From Chthoniobacteraceae bacterium (GTDB lineage: Bacteria; Verrucomicrobiota; Verrucomicrobiia; Chthoniobacterales; Chthoniobacteraceae), in assembly GCA_031409335.1 (NCBI GenBank), contig JANNWY010000141.1, forward strand, positions 1-64,000: a stretch of DNA of 64,000 nt, read 5' to 3'. Positions within the stretch are counted from its first letter, which is position 1. Every line of letters begins with the position of its first letter. Under the pieces are notes generated by a model that had not been told where the DNA came from, ran no database searches, and saw only the letters and a list, made by a program, of their open reading frames with translations. This document shows positions 39,201-48,900 of the stretch, piece after piece. The position numbers and the translations under genes were made by a program.

Positions 39201-39652
39201 TGACGGTCGTGAATCCGTCGGCGTCGGCTGGCACGCGATTGCGCGTGGTGAAAGTGAATGTCTGGCCGAATGCGAAGGGTCGCGAATTCGGACTGGCCGC
39301 GGACGCGGGCGGGCTGAGTCTCGTGCGCGGATTTCTGACGAGCACGAAGCTTGCGAATCTCGCGCAGGAGGCGGGCTTGAAAAAAGTCACGCTCAACGAA
39401 GACGAGCAAGCGCAGCTCGATCAATTGTGCGAGGAGGACGAATGGGTCCGCAAGAACCTCGACACTTCGCGCGCGTTCGTGCCGCCGAAAACCGGACCGT
39501 GGCTGGCCGCGTTTGAATTGCCGAAAAAAGCGCCGGAGCCGCTCGTGCTCGTGCTCGACACGCAATCGAGCGCGACTGCCGGATCAATCCTTCAGACCAG
39601 TACCGACGGCACGATTGTGCTCGGCGGTTACACCTTCACCGCGAAAAAATAA
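36287..39652 (+). CDS. BNR/Asp-box (Vps10/sortilin-like) beta-propeller protein with C-terminal Ig/CARDB-like region
   Basis: Many SxDGGxTW Asp-boxes, HPDQH, GTQDNG, GDGG; C-terminal YLRD...WWQSPDIKVD...VYVQIHNRG...HTCLL; no hydrophobic signal peptide. Confidence 0.85.
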   Translation: MQTPTQGIKKGSSTKGKSRAPSRPPKPPGGKALARLRLFGDQRGFPAEAAPAPKSNRGKRGGAAAHTAAAGIPKNAKARTCKSIGDAYLAAFTMRTQARPAGTRAAAVAVTTGWRPLGPFSIPHGQTYGSGPQSRPSVAGRISTIAVDPSDAQHILIGSAAGGVWETRDLGAAWSPRTDNQPSLATGAIAFDPQNPAVVYAGTGEGDFYSNLGVGLLRSVDGGTTWTLHATAPFVGQGFHKIIVDPQDGNRLYAATTGGLFRSLDGGATWSARRGASTWDISLRTPTAGSTPQTGGLFAACTDGLFRSTNGGTSWTAVTLPGSAGGFNRLACRQAPSNTGIVYAFGALSSDEGKLWRRGSFSGSFVSVNLPPDLQTGQAWYDWFLEVAPNNPDVVYLGAINVHRGVRGANGTFTWTNISARSSGPSIHPDQHAMTFAPNDPNVIYIGNDGGIYRSPDAGASWKPLNRGLSITEFEYLAQHPQHEAWLLGGTQDNGTLRFEGEELWFHVQDGDGGDVGINNGSPYTCYHTFFNMGMERSTTGGGWGSWSYIGPNVADSYASLFYPPVEVNGSVVAQAGATVFVSSNNGNSFFEATLPAAQGIASAMASASSTRILVGTTAGEIYRVDRVGGFWINGVRLGRPLAGFISDLIVDPTNPNRCWLTCSRFGLPHVMRSDDAGVTWVNVSAGLPNIPFNAIELDPANPQIVYAAADVGVFRSPDSGATWMPFSNLLPNSIVSDLLFHGPSRLLRCATKNRGVWEIPVDPATVPDVEIYLRDSAVDTGRLSPSPSGVPDPFNKGSDTYWWQSPDIKVDSPSFQRPSLNDIHFEIFEDDHGLVPAGLFHENPQRGRTVRVYVQIHNRGRKAATNVAVKTFFTDASLGLPDLPTAFWTNFPANTLPSSSPWKVVAPHVVVPSLGAGEARIVAFEWAVPQTAANHTCLLSVISADNDSIATTQRNIAALVTGEKRCGLKNLTVVNPSASAGTRLRVVKVNVWPNAKGREFGLAADAGGLSLVRGFLTSTKLANLAQEAGLKKVTLNEDEQAQLDQLCEEDEWVRKNLDTSRAFVPPKTGPWLAAFELPKKAPEPLVLVLDTQSSATAGSILQTSTDGTIVLGGYTFTAKK

Positions 39653-39671
39653 ACCCACGAAATCACACGAC

Positions 39672-39827
39672 ATGGACTTCATCGAACGCTGGTTCAATCT
39701 CTCACCCGACAATGGCAGCGGCGCGACGGAAGCGCTCTTCCTGCTCGCCGCCGCCCTGCTGATCGTCGCAGTGGTTTATCGCCGACGGATCGCGGAACTC
39801 GCGAAGCGCCGCTCGAAAAGAGAGTAG
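39672..39827 (+). CDS. Small single-TM protein (51 aa)
   Basis: MDFIERWFNLSPDNGSGATE + hydrophobic helix + basic tail; 19 nt after the previous stop. Confidence 0.7.
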   Translation: MDFIERWFNLSPDNGSGATEALFLLAAALLIVAVVYRRRIAELAKRRSKRE

Positions 39828-39952
39828 TTCGAACACGGGCGGTTCCACACTTTCAGACCGACCGTCCCGCGTGATTGGGCGGCGGGAGTGCTCCGACCTG
39901 AAACGGGGTGGCGGACGGCCGCGGGTGCGCTACCGTCCGCGCACCCACTCCC

Positions 39953-42900
39953 ATGCGAATCCCCCTCCTGATCCTTGTCGTCCTTATCGCTGCCGCGCCA
40001 TTGCGCGCGCAGATTCAGATTTCAGAGTTCCTCGCCAGCAATTCGACCTTGTTCTCCGATGAAAACGGCGACTCCGAAGATTGGATCGAGATTTTCAATA
40101 CGAGCACGACCCCCGTGAATCTGCTCGGCTGGTATCTGACGGACGACGCGGGGCTGCCGCGAAAGTGGGCGTTCCCGAGCAGGACCGTGAATGGCGGCGC
40201 GTATCTCGTGGTGTTTGCCTCCAACAAGAACCGCCGGAATCCAGCATTCAATCTGCACACCAATTTCAAGTTGAGCGCGAGTCCCGGCTATCTCGCGCTG
40301 ACGCGCGACGTGGCCGGTGGCGCGCTTGAAGTATTGCAGGCATTCAATCCCTATCCGCAGCAGGCGACGAATGTGGCGTTTGGCGTTTCGAGCACGACGG
40401 TTGTGACGCCGTTGATCGCGAGCGGTGCGGCGGCGAAGACGCTCATTCCATCGCTCGGAAATGGCGGGAGCGCGCTGGGGGCGACATGGCGCGGGGCGAT
40501 TGAAAACGAACCTTTCAACGAGTCTGCGTGGACCGCGGGCACGACCGCCGTGGGTTTCCCAAATACCGGAGTGGCACCCACCAGTCTCAAGCTGCGGCTG
40601 AACGCGAACACGCTGGCGGCGATCGTCACCGATACGTCGGGCGCGGTGCACAATGGCTCGAACAACACGGCGGGCTGGATCGCCGAGGCGACGGATGTGA
40701 ACGGGCGGACGCGGCACGGGGCGATGCAATTCAACGCGACGGACGCGAACGGCGCGGCGACGGGCGATCAAGTCGTGGTGGCGGCATCAAGCGCGGATTT
40801 TTCGAGCACGCTGGGAACGATCGCATTCTGGATCAAGACCGCGGGAAATATCGCGGATGGCGGAACTGTGCCTGCCGCGATGCTCGTGGACCGGCGGGCG
40901 ACGAGCGGGCTGATCGTGCTTCTGGCGGATGACGGGACGATAAAAATCGAGGCGGGCACGCCTGGCTCGCTGTCGAACACGCTGGGCAGTGCCGCCACGG
41001 TGAATGACGATCGCTGGCATCATGTCGCGTTCGTGTTTGGCCGGAACCTCGCGGATCCCTGCGCGCTCTACATCGACGGCGTGCAATCCGGCTCGGCGAA
41101 TAATGTCAGCGCGTGGGCCATGACCTCCTCGGCTCAGTTTGAAATCGGGCGCTCGCACGACAACGCCTGGCACCGCCTGAACGGCCAGCTCGACGACCTC
41201 CGCTTTTACAACTCGGCGCTGACCGGCCCGCAGCTCGTCCAGATTTTCAGCGATGAAGACGAGCCCGTGACGCCGGGGACGAACGTGCTCGCGGCGATGC
41301 AGGACGTGAATGCTTCCGCGTTCGTGCGCGTGCCTTTCAATGTCACCAACCCAGCGGCGTTCACTTCGCTGAATTTCACGATGCGCTGGAACGATGGCTA
41401 CGTCGCCTGGCTGAATGGCGCGCAGATCGGCTCATTTGGCGCGCCGACGCCGCTGCTCCACGACTCCGCGGCCACGCAGCCGCATTCCGCCGGAGCGCAG
41501 GTCGTGAATGTCCTGGCGAATCCGGCCGCCGTCCTGCGCGCGGGCGCGAATGTCCTCGCGATCCAGGCGCTCAACGATTCCCCGGCGAACGGCGTGTTCT
41601 CGGTGTTGCCAACGTTGGACGGAGTGAACTTCACCTCCTCCAACGGCGGCTACCTCCTCGCGCCCACGCCCGGCGTGGTGAATGGCGCGCTAAAACCGAA
41701 CCTCGGGCCTTTCGTCAATGACGTGACCAAGAACCCGAGCCCGCGCCCGACCGGCACCGCGGCGAGCCCGCCGCTGGTCATCACCGCGACGGTCATCCCG
41801 TCGCTGCGTCCGCTGGCCGCGAGCAATCCTGTGAAACTCAAATACGCCACCATGTTTGCGGCGGAGTTGTCGTTGAACATGACGCTGACCGCGACGCCAA
41901 ACGTCTATACCGTGAGCATTCCCACGAGCACGCTCGGCGCAGGACAAATGCTGCGCTGGCGCGTGGAGGCGACGGATAACACCGCGGTCGCGGGCACCGC
42001 GCCGGAATTCGCCGACGCGCTCGACAGCGAGAAGTACTACGGCACGGTCGCCGTCGATTCGACGATCGCGACGAGCCTGCCGGTGCTGTATTGGTTCACG
42101 CCAAATTCGACCGCCGCGGACAATGCGACTGGCACGCGGAATTCGTTCTTTTACAAGGCGCCCGGCGATACCGGCGTCGGACGTTTTTACGACAACGTCG
42201 AGATCAACATCCACGGCCAGAGCAGCCAGGGCTTTGCGAAAAAAAGCTACGACCTCGATTTCAACGAGGACAATCGCTTCGAGTGGAAAGTGCCGGGCAA
42301 GCGCGTGAAGGATGTAAATCTGCTGACGAACTGGGGCGACAAATCGAAGACGCACAACCAGATGACCCACGAGGCAATGGCCACGATCGGCGGCGTGCAT
42401 CACTGGTGCTACCAAGTGCGCGTGCAGCAGGTGACACCGGCGAATGCGGGCGCTCCCGGGAATCATTTCTGGTCCATCGCCGACATGATGGAGGATGGCG
42501 ACGACGAATTCATGGACCGCAACGGGCGCGACCCGAACGGCGCCCTTTACAAAGTGTACGACAGTCTCGGCAGCAGCGGGAGCGCGGAGAAAAAGACGCG
42601 GCTTTATGAAGGCAAGACGGACCTCGACGCGTTCATCGCGGGGCTGAATCCGAGCACTGCGCTCGCGACGCGGCGGCGATTTGCCTACGACAACATGGAC
42701 CTCCCGCAGTGCGTTACCTACTTCGTCGGGCTCGCGATCGCGAGCAGCCAGGATCACGGGCACAAAAATTTTTACGTGTATCGCGACTCGGTCGGTTCGC
42801 GCGAGTGGAGCGTGCTGCCGTGGGATGTCGATCTCACCTGGGGCCGCAACTGGCTCGATGCGCAGGGCTACTTCACCGACACGATGTTCACGAACAACGA

Positions 42901-44647
42901 TCTGGACATGTTCAACTCCGCTCAGCAGGGCAAGGGCGAGAACCGGCTCTACAGCTTGATCGTCGGCAACAGCGACGTCTCGCGGGTGCCCGCGACCGAA
43001 TTTCGGAACATGGTGCTGCGTCGGCTGCGCACGGTGATGGATGGCTATTTCAGCGCGCCGAACGTACTCGAAACTCGCTTCGGCCAGCTCGCCGATCTCA
43101 TGGACCCGCCTGCGATCGCCACGAGCGACGCCGATCGCGATCGCTCGAAATGGAGCTCGTGGGGAGCCGACGGCGGCTTCACCGCGGGTGGCCAGGCGAT
43201 GCGCTATCACATCGATCAAATCCGCAACGTCTATTTGCCGGGGCGTCGCACTTTCCTCAATACCGCGACCATCGCGGGCGTCGCCGTCCCAACATCGCAG
43301 CCTGCGAATGCCGCGAATCTCATCACGCTCGAAACCGCCGATTTCAATCCCGCCACCGGCACGCAGGCGCAAGAGTTTTTTGTGGTGCGGAATTCCAACA
43401 CCTATTCCGTGGACATCTCCGGCTGGCAAATCACGGGCGCGGTGAACTGGACCTTCAAGGGCGGCACCGTGCTGCCGCCGGGCGGCGGGACGACGGAAAA
43501 TCTCGGCGATCTTTACGTCGTGAAAGATCCGTTTCTCTTCCGCCAGCGCGCGACCGTGCCGGACGACGGACTCGCCGCGGCAAATCAGTATCGCTTTGTG
43601 CAAGGCCCATACAGCGGCCAGCTCAGCGCGCGCGGCGAGACGATCGAGCTGCGCGATGCGGGCGGCGGACTGCTTCGCACCAAGATGTGGACGCCCGCGC
43701 CGACGCCGATGCAAAACCAACTCCGCATCACCGAGCTAAACTACGCGCCGACGCTGCCGACCGTCACCGAGCTTGCCGCGCTGCCCGGCGTCGTCGCGGG
43801 CGACTTTGAATACATCGAACTCGCCAACGTCGGCGCGACGACGCTCACCCTCACCGGCGCGACTTTCGATCAAGGCGTCACCTTCACCTTCCCCACATTC
43901 TCGCTCGCCGCCGGGGCGCGCTGTCTGGTCGTCGCCAACGTCGTCGCGTTTCAGCTTCGTTACGGCCATGCATTCGACGCGCAGATCGCCGGCGCGTTCG
44001 TCGGCAATCTCGACAACGGCGGCGAGAACATTCAACTGCTCGACAACGTCGGCGAGAACATCCTCGATTTCTCCTACGACAACGCGTGGTTTCCGCCGAG
44101 CGAAGAAGGCGGACGATCGATTGTGATCCAAAGCGCGAACCCGGATTGGACCTCGTACGAAGCGCCGGCCAACTGGGCACTCAGCGGCAACGCGAATGGC
44201 AGCCCAGGCACGGGCGACGCGGACTTCGCAAACGTCTATGAAGGCTGGCGCTACAGCCATTTCACCACGCTCGAATTTCCCTCACCCGCGTTCCCGACCG
44301 CGCCCGCCGCGCTCACCGTCGATCCCGATCTCGATTTCCTGAACAATCTTTACGAATACGCGTTCGGCAGAAACCCGCGCGTCGCCGACGGCCGCGGACT
44401 CGTCTCAGGCAGCATCGTGAATGTGGCCGGCACCGACTACTGCGCGATCACCTTTACCCGGCGGCACAAGGCGCTCGATCTCACTTTCACCGTGGAGGCG
44501 ACGGGGGATTTCGTGACGTGGACGCCCGTAAATCTTCCCGTCGGCGCGGAGATCGACCTCGGCGGCGGCATCGAGCAAGTGACCTATCGCGACAGCGTGC
44601 CGAGTAGTTCGGGGCAGCGCTACCTGCGCGTGCGCGCCGTGAAGTAG
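39953..44647 (+). CDS. Secreted lamin-tail / LamG / CotH-kinase-family protein
   Basis: Signal peptide; QISEFLASN...DWIEI; LamG WHHVAF...LDDLRFYN; CotH HGQSS...KKSY, DHGHKNFY, PWDVD; further LTDs. Confidence 0.9.
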   Translation: MRIPLLILVVLIAAAPLRAQIQISEFLASNSTLFSDENGDSEDWIEIFNTSTTPVNLLGWYLTDDAGLPRKWAFPSRTVNGGAYLVVFASNKNRRNPAFNLHTNFKLSASPGYLALTRDVAGGALEVLQAFNPYPQQATNVAFGVSSTTVVTPLIASGAAAKTLIPSLGNGGSALGATWRGAIENEPFNESAWTAGTTAVGFPNTGVAPTSLKLRLNANTLAAIVTDTSGAVHNGSNNTAGWIAEATDVNGRTRHGAMQFNATDANGAATGDQVVVAASSADFSSTLGTIAFWIKTAGNIADGGTVPAAMLVDRRATSGLIVLLADDGTIKIEAGTPGSLSNTLGSAATVNDDRWHHVAFVFGRNLADPCALYIDGVQSGSANNVSAWAMTSSAQFEIGRSHDNAWHRLNGQLDDLRFYNSALTGPQLVQIFSDEDEPVTPGTNVLAAMQDVNASAFVRVPFNVTNPAAFTSLNFTMRWNDGYVAWLNGAQIGSFGAPTPLLHDSAATQPHSAGAQVVNVLANPAAVLRAGANVLAIQALNDSPANGVFSVLPTLDGVNFTSSNGGYLLAPTPGVVNGALKPNLGPFVNDVTKNPSPRPTGTAASPPLVITATVIPSLRPLAASNPVKLKYATMFAAELSLNMTLTATPNVYTVSIPTSTLGAGQMLRWRVEATDNTAVAGTAPEFADALDSEKYYGTVAVDSTIATSLPVLYWFTPNSTAADNATGTRNSFFYKAPGDTGVGRFYDNVEINIHGQSSQGFAKKSYDLDFNEDNRFEWKVPGKRVKDVNLLTNWGDKSKTHNQMTHEAMATIGGVHHWCYQVRVQQVTPANAGAPGNHFWSIADMMEDGDDEFMDRNGRDPNGALYKVYDSLGSSGSAEKKTRLYEGKTDLDAFIAGLNPSTALATRRRFAYDNMDLPQCVTYFVGLAIASSQDHGHKNFYVYRDSVGSREWSVLPWDVDLTWGRNWLDAQGYFTDTMFTNNDLDMFNSAQQGKGENRLYSLIVGNSDVSRVPATEFRNMVLRRLRTVMDGYFSAPNVLETRFGQLADLMDPPAIATSDADRDRSKWSSWGADGGFTAGGQAMRYHIDQIRNVYLPGRRTFLNTATIAGVAVPTSQPANAANLITLETADFNPATGTQAQEFFVVRNSNTYSVDISGWQITGAVNWTFKGGTVLPPGGGTTENLGDLYVVKDPFLFRQRATVPDDGLAAANQYRFVQGPYSGQLSARGETIELRDAGGGLLRTKMWTPAPTPMQNQLRITELNYAPTLPTVTELAALPGVVAGDFEYIELANVGATTLTLTGATFDQGVTFTFPTFSLAAGARCLVVANVVAFQLRYGHAFDAQIAGAFVGNLDNGGENIQLLDNVGENILDFSYDNAWFPPSEEGGRSIVIQSANPDWTSYEAPANWALSGNANGSPGTGDADFANVYEGWRYSHFTTLEFPSPAFPTAPAALTVDPDLDFLNNLYEYAFGRNPRVADGRGLVSGSIVNVAGTDYCAITFTRRHKALDLTFTVEATGDFVTWTPVNLPVGAEIDLGGGIEQVTYRDSVPSSSGQRYLRVRAVK

Positions 44648-44683
44648 AGGCAGGGCAGGGGACGCGCCCTGCGCGGCCACCGT

Positions 44684-45766
44684 TCACTTTTTCCACACCG
44701 GGCCGATCGTCCCGCCAGGGATGAACTCCGCTGGGAAGGTCACCTGCCGCACATCGGTGCGGTGCTGGCTCACGGCGGTGGCCCACTGCACGATGCGCCG
44801 GATCACTGGCGCGCTGCGCCAGGCGATGTGCGCGATCGGCGGTTGGCACCATTGGAAACAGGCGTCGCGATCCTCAGCGACCAGCGAGACCTGCTCCGGC
44901 ACCCGCAGTTTGCGCTCCGCGAGGAACTGCTGCGCCGCGAAGACGATGGGCGTTTCGTCGAGGAACAGCGCGGTGGGCGGCGTGGTGCGGAAGAGCGAAG
45001 TGAAAAGCGCGTGCAGGCCCGCGGGAGTTTCCTCCCAGTCCGGGAGGTTGAAATCGCCCGCCCCCACGCAGCCATGCGCGGCCAGTTCATCGAGCAGAGC
45101 GCGCGCGAGGGGCGACGGCTCCGGCAGCCGCAGCGCCCGGCGGCAGACGCAGACGATGCGCCGGTGGCCGAGGGCGATGAGCTGGCGCGTGGCGGCGAGC
45201 AGGGCGGGCAATTTGTTCGGCCCCACGCCCGCCATGGGCAATCCCGCGCGGCGTCCGAAAAGGGCCGCGGCTGGCTGCGGCTGCGCAGCGAACCACTCCA
45301 GCACCGCGCGCGATCCCGAGCCCACCACCCATGCGTCGGCCCGCGCCCGCTGCACGAGCCGGGCGATGCGCTTCACGTCGTGTCCCAGGCCGCACTGCGT
45401 TTCCTTTGAGAAAAAAACGGTGAACCCCGCAGCTTCGAGTTCATGGTGGAGACCGAGCAAAATTTCCAGGCCCTGGCCGGCTTCATTGGCCAGCGGCTCG
45501 AAAAGCAGGATGCCAATCCGCAGCGGTCGCGTTCGGCGGGTGGCTTTGTCTGGCACATGGCGGCTGCGGCCATTCGCTCCCAGCTCCACCAGCCCCTCTG
45601 CCTCCACCGTGCGCAACGCCGTGCGCAGCGTATTGATGGAAACACCGAGGTCCGCCGCCAGCCGGACGACGCCGGGAAGCTGCCCGCGCCAGCGGCCGCC
45701 GCGCAGTCCCTCCCGGATGTGGGCGGCGGTTTGTTCGATGAGGGAGAGGCGGCGGAAGGTGCTCAT
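44684..45766 (-). CDS. Transcriptional regulator, GntR-type wHTH plus LacI-like ligand-binding domain
   Basis: LPGVVRLAADLGVSINTLRTAL; LIALGHRRI, PPTALF, VPEQVSLV. Confidence 0.88.
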   Translation of the reverse strand: MSTFRRLSLIEQTAAHIREGLRGGRWRGQLPGVVRLAADLGVSINTLRTALRTVEAEGLVELGANGRSRHVPDKATRRTRPLRIGILLFEPLANEAGQGLEILLGLHHELEAAGFTVFFSKETQCGLGHDVKRIARLVQRARADAWVVGSGSRAVLEWFAAQPQPAAALFGRRAGLPMAGVGPNKLPALLAATRQLIALGHRRIVCVCRRALRLPEPSPLARALLDELAAHGCVGAGDFNLPDWEETPAGLHALFTSLFRTTPPTALFLDETPIVFAAQQFLAERKLRVPEQVSLVAEDRDACFQWCQPPIAHIAWRSAPVIRRIVQWATAVSQHRTDVRQVTFPAEFIPGGTIGPVWKK

Positions 45767-45783
45767 GGCGGGGATTGCCGAGG

Positions 45784-45802
45784 TGGATCGAATACTGATC
45801 TA
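45784..45802. promoter_or_regulatory. Operator-like palindrome, copy 1
   Basis: TGGATCGAATACTGATCTA, in the divergent promoter region; conserved at 50122. Confidence 0.55.
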
Positions 45803-45941
45803 CGTGAAAAACAAAGAGTCTTTGCGTCGCGTGCGGAGGCGGCCAGTGTTTCCACCGAAAACGTTTCGTCTTCTTTCCCCACATTGGAACCCCAACGCGG
45901 AGAGGCGACTGCCGCCAACATCCGCTCCAAAACAAGAAAAC

Positions 45942-48900
45942 ATGAAGCCCATCAACATCCTGATGAAATCCAAATCCTCCCTCCGCGCCCGCGTCCTCGC
46001 GGGCTCCATCGCCGCGCTGCTCGCCATCCAGTCCGCTTCCGCCGCCACCCTTACTTGGGACTCCAACGGCACCGGCGCCGGCCAGACCGACAGTGCCGGT
46101 GTTTGGCTCGCCGCCAACCAGTGGTGGGATGGGGTGGCCAATGCAACCTGGACCTCCGGCGATGATGCGAGCTTCGGCAACGCCGGTGCCGGCGGTGCCG
46201 TCACCCTTGCCAGCCCGACTACCGTCAATTCCCTGACGTTCAACTCCTTCACCGGCACCTACACGCTCGGCACAGCTACCCAGGCGATCACGCTCAACAA
46301 CGGCATCACCAAGAACGCCGGCACGGCTGCCATCATCATCAGTCCCATCACCCTTGGCGCGGCCCAGAACTGGACGAATAGTTCAACCGGTTTGCTCACC
46401 ATCGGACCCGCCGCGATGACCAATGGCGGCTTCCTGCTCACCGTCGCTGGCAGCGGCAACACCACCGTTTCCGGTGTCATCAGCGGTAGCGGCGGCCTCA
46501 CCAAAATAAATGGTGGCACGCTCACCCTTTCCGGCGCCAATACCTTCAGCGGCGAAACCACCCTCAACGGCGGAGTCTTGACTGCCAATTCCACCGCTGC
46601 CCTGGGTGATGGCAGTGTCACCAACACTCTTATCTTCACCGGCGGCATCCTGCGGGCGGGCGGGGCGATCACCTCGGCCGCCACGCGCGGCGTGACTCTG
46701 ACCAGCACCGGCATCATTGATACCAACAACTTTGCCGTGAGCATCGCCGGTAACATGACTGGCGGCGGCGGCTTGACCAAGGCTGGCTTCGGCAACCTCA
46801 TCGTCTCCGGCGCCAACAACTACTCCGGTATCACCACCGTGAACGCGGGGATACTGACATTCGCCACGCAAGCCTCGCTTTACAACGGCACTCCCGGAAG
46901 CTGGACGGCGGCCAATATCAACGTGAAAAGTGGCGGCACATTGGCCGTGAATGTTGATTCCGCGGGAACCAATGGATTTGACGCCACCAATCTAAACACC
47001 CTGATTGGCAATGTCTCGGTGGCCAACACCGCAGCGGAAGGTTTGCAGAAAGGGGCCAACCTCGGCTTCGACACGTCCACTGCCACCGGGGGACCTTCAC
47101 CCAAGTCGATGTCATCGCCAATTCCACGGGTAACTTTGGCGGCACGATCGGCCTCACCAAACTCGGTGCTGGCACCCTCGTGCTCGACAAAGCCAACACC
47201 TACACTGGCCAGACCATCGTCAGCGCCGGCACACTTCAGATCGATCCCGCCGGCGTGATCTCTGCGGCTCCGCTGCTCAATAACGGGTCATTGATGGTGA
47301 ACAAGACCGGCACCCTTACCCAGGGGAACAACTTCCCCGCCACCATTGGCGGCACCGGCGCGTTGACCTACTCTGGCGGCGGCACGCTGGTTCTGAACGC
47401 TCCCAATTATCATTCAGGTGCGACGACCCTCAGCGCAGGATCCTCCATCACGCTCAGCCACGCCCTCGCGCTTCAGAACAGCGCCCTTGCCACCAGTGCG
47501 GGCACCTTCACCCTCAGCGGCATCACCACCCCGACCTTCGGCGGCCTCAGCGGCGCGACGGGCAATCTGGCCTCCGTCATCTCCTCTGGCTACGGCGCTG
47601 TCACCAATCTCACTCTCAAACCGATCGTGGGTTCCACCGTCACCTACGGTGGCGTCATCGCCGACGGCGCGGCGGGCATGACTCTCACCAAGACCGGCGC
47701 GGGCACGCAGGTTCTCCAGGGTGTCAACCTCTACACCGGCGCGACCACCCTCAACGCTGGAGCCCTGGAACTGAGCGGCGCGGGATCGATCCTCACCACC
47801 CCCGGCATCACCCTCGCTGGTAGTGCCCTGACGCTGACGAACACAGCAGCGGAAACGGGATCCGGTCGCGTGCATGATACCAACGGCATCACCTCCAACG
47901 GTGGGACCATCAACTACACCAACAGCTCCGGCGCGGACGTTTATGCTGAGACGATCGGCCCCGTGGCCCTCACCAGCGGCCAGTTAAACCTCGTCGCGAC
48001 CACCAATCAGGTGGGTGGCGGCAGCCAGACGCTCACGCTCGGCGGTCTCACCCGCACCGGTGCCACCAACACCTCTGCCATCACCTTCTCCGCAGGGACT
48101 ACCGCACCGAATGCGACCACGAACATCATCGCCATCACCGGAACCGCGCAGACCACGGCAGGCCAGATCATCGCGCCTTGGGCGACCACCGGCACCGCCG
48201 CAGCCACGCAAACGGACTACGCGATCTACAATGGCTCGTCACAAGTCGTCCCTGCCGCCATCACAGCTATGGGAGAAGGGAGCTGGCTCACCGCCACCGC
48301 CGCGTACTCCTTCAACGCCGCCCAAACCCTGGCGGCAACTCGGACCATCACTGCTTTACGAAACAGTGCTACATCCAACAATACCTTGGCGCTTGGTAAT
48401 TTCAATCTACAAACCTATGGACTTCTGCAAGGCGCGGGAGCGCAGACCAACCTCACCATCAGCAGTGCGGGCACGGGTGCGCTGACCACTCCCGGCGGCG
48501 GTGGCAACCTTTATCTCACGGCAGGAATTCTCCAAACCGGTGGGCCGGGAACTGCGCTTATTGTCAGCGCCCGGATCAATGACAACGGCGGAGCCGTCAC
48601 CGTGGTGAAGAGTGGTGCAGGCACTCTCACGCTTTCCAGCACCACCAGCAACTACAGTGGTGGCATCGTCATCAATGGGGGGACTCTGTCTGCCGCCCTG
48701 GATACCAATCTCGGTGCCCCCGGCTTTGCCAACGGCATCACCTTCAATGGCTCTGCTTTCATGGCTCCTGGATCCGTCACCTACGCACGCAATGTCACGG
48801 TCAATAACGGTGCCATCGCGACTTTCACTCAAAATAATCCCACCTTCAGCGGCGACCTCACGGGAACCGGTGGCGTCTCCACCGGAGGTGGCTTCGGCAA

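Noticed and set aside
44721..45941. Long N-terminal extension of ORF 44721..47258
   Set aside because: It is antisense to the regulator; the real start is at 45942 or 45963, supported by the paralogue's signal peptide.
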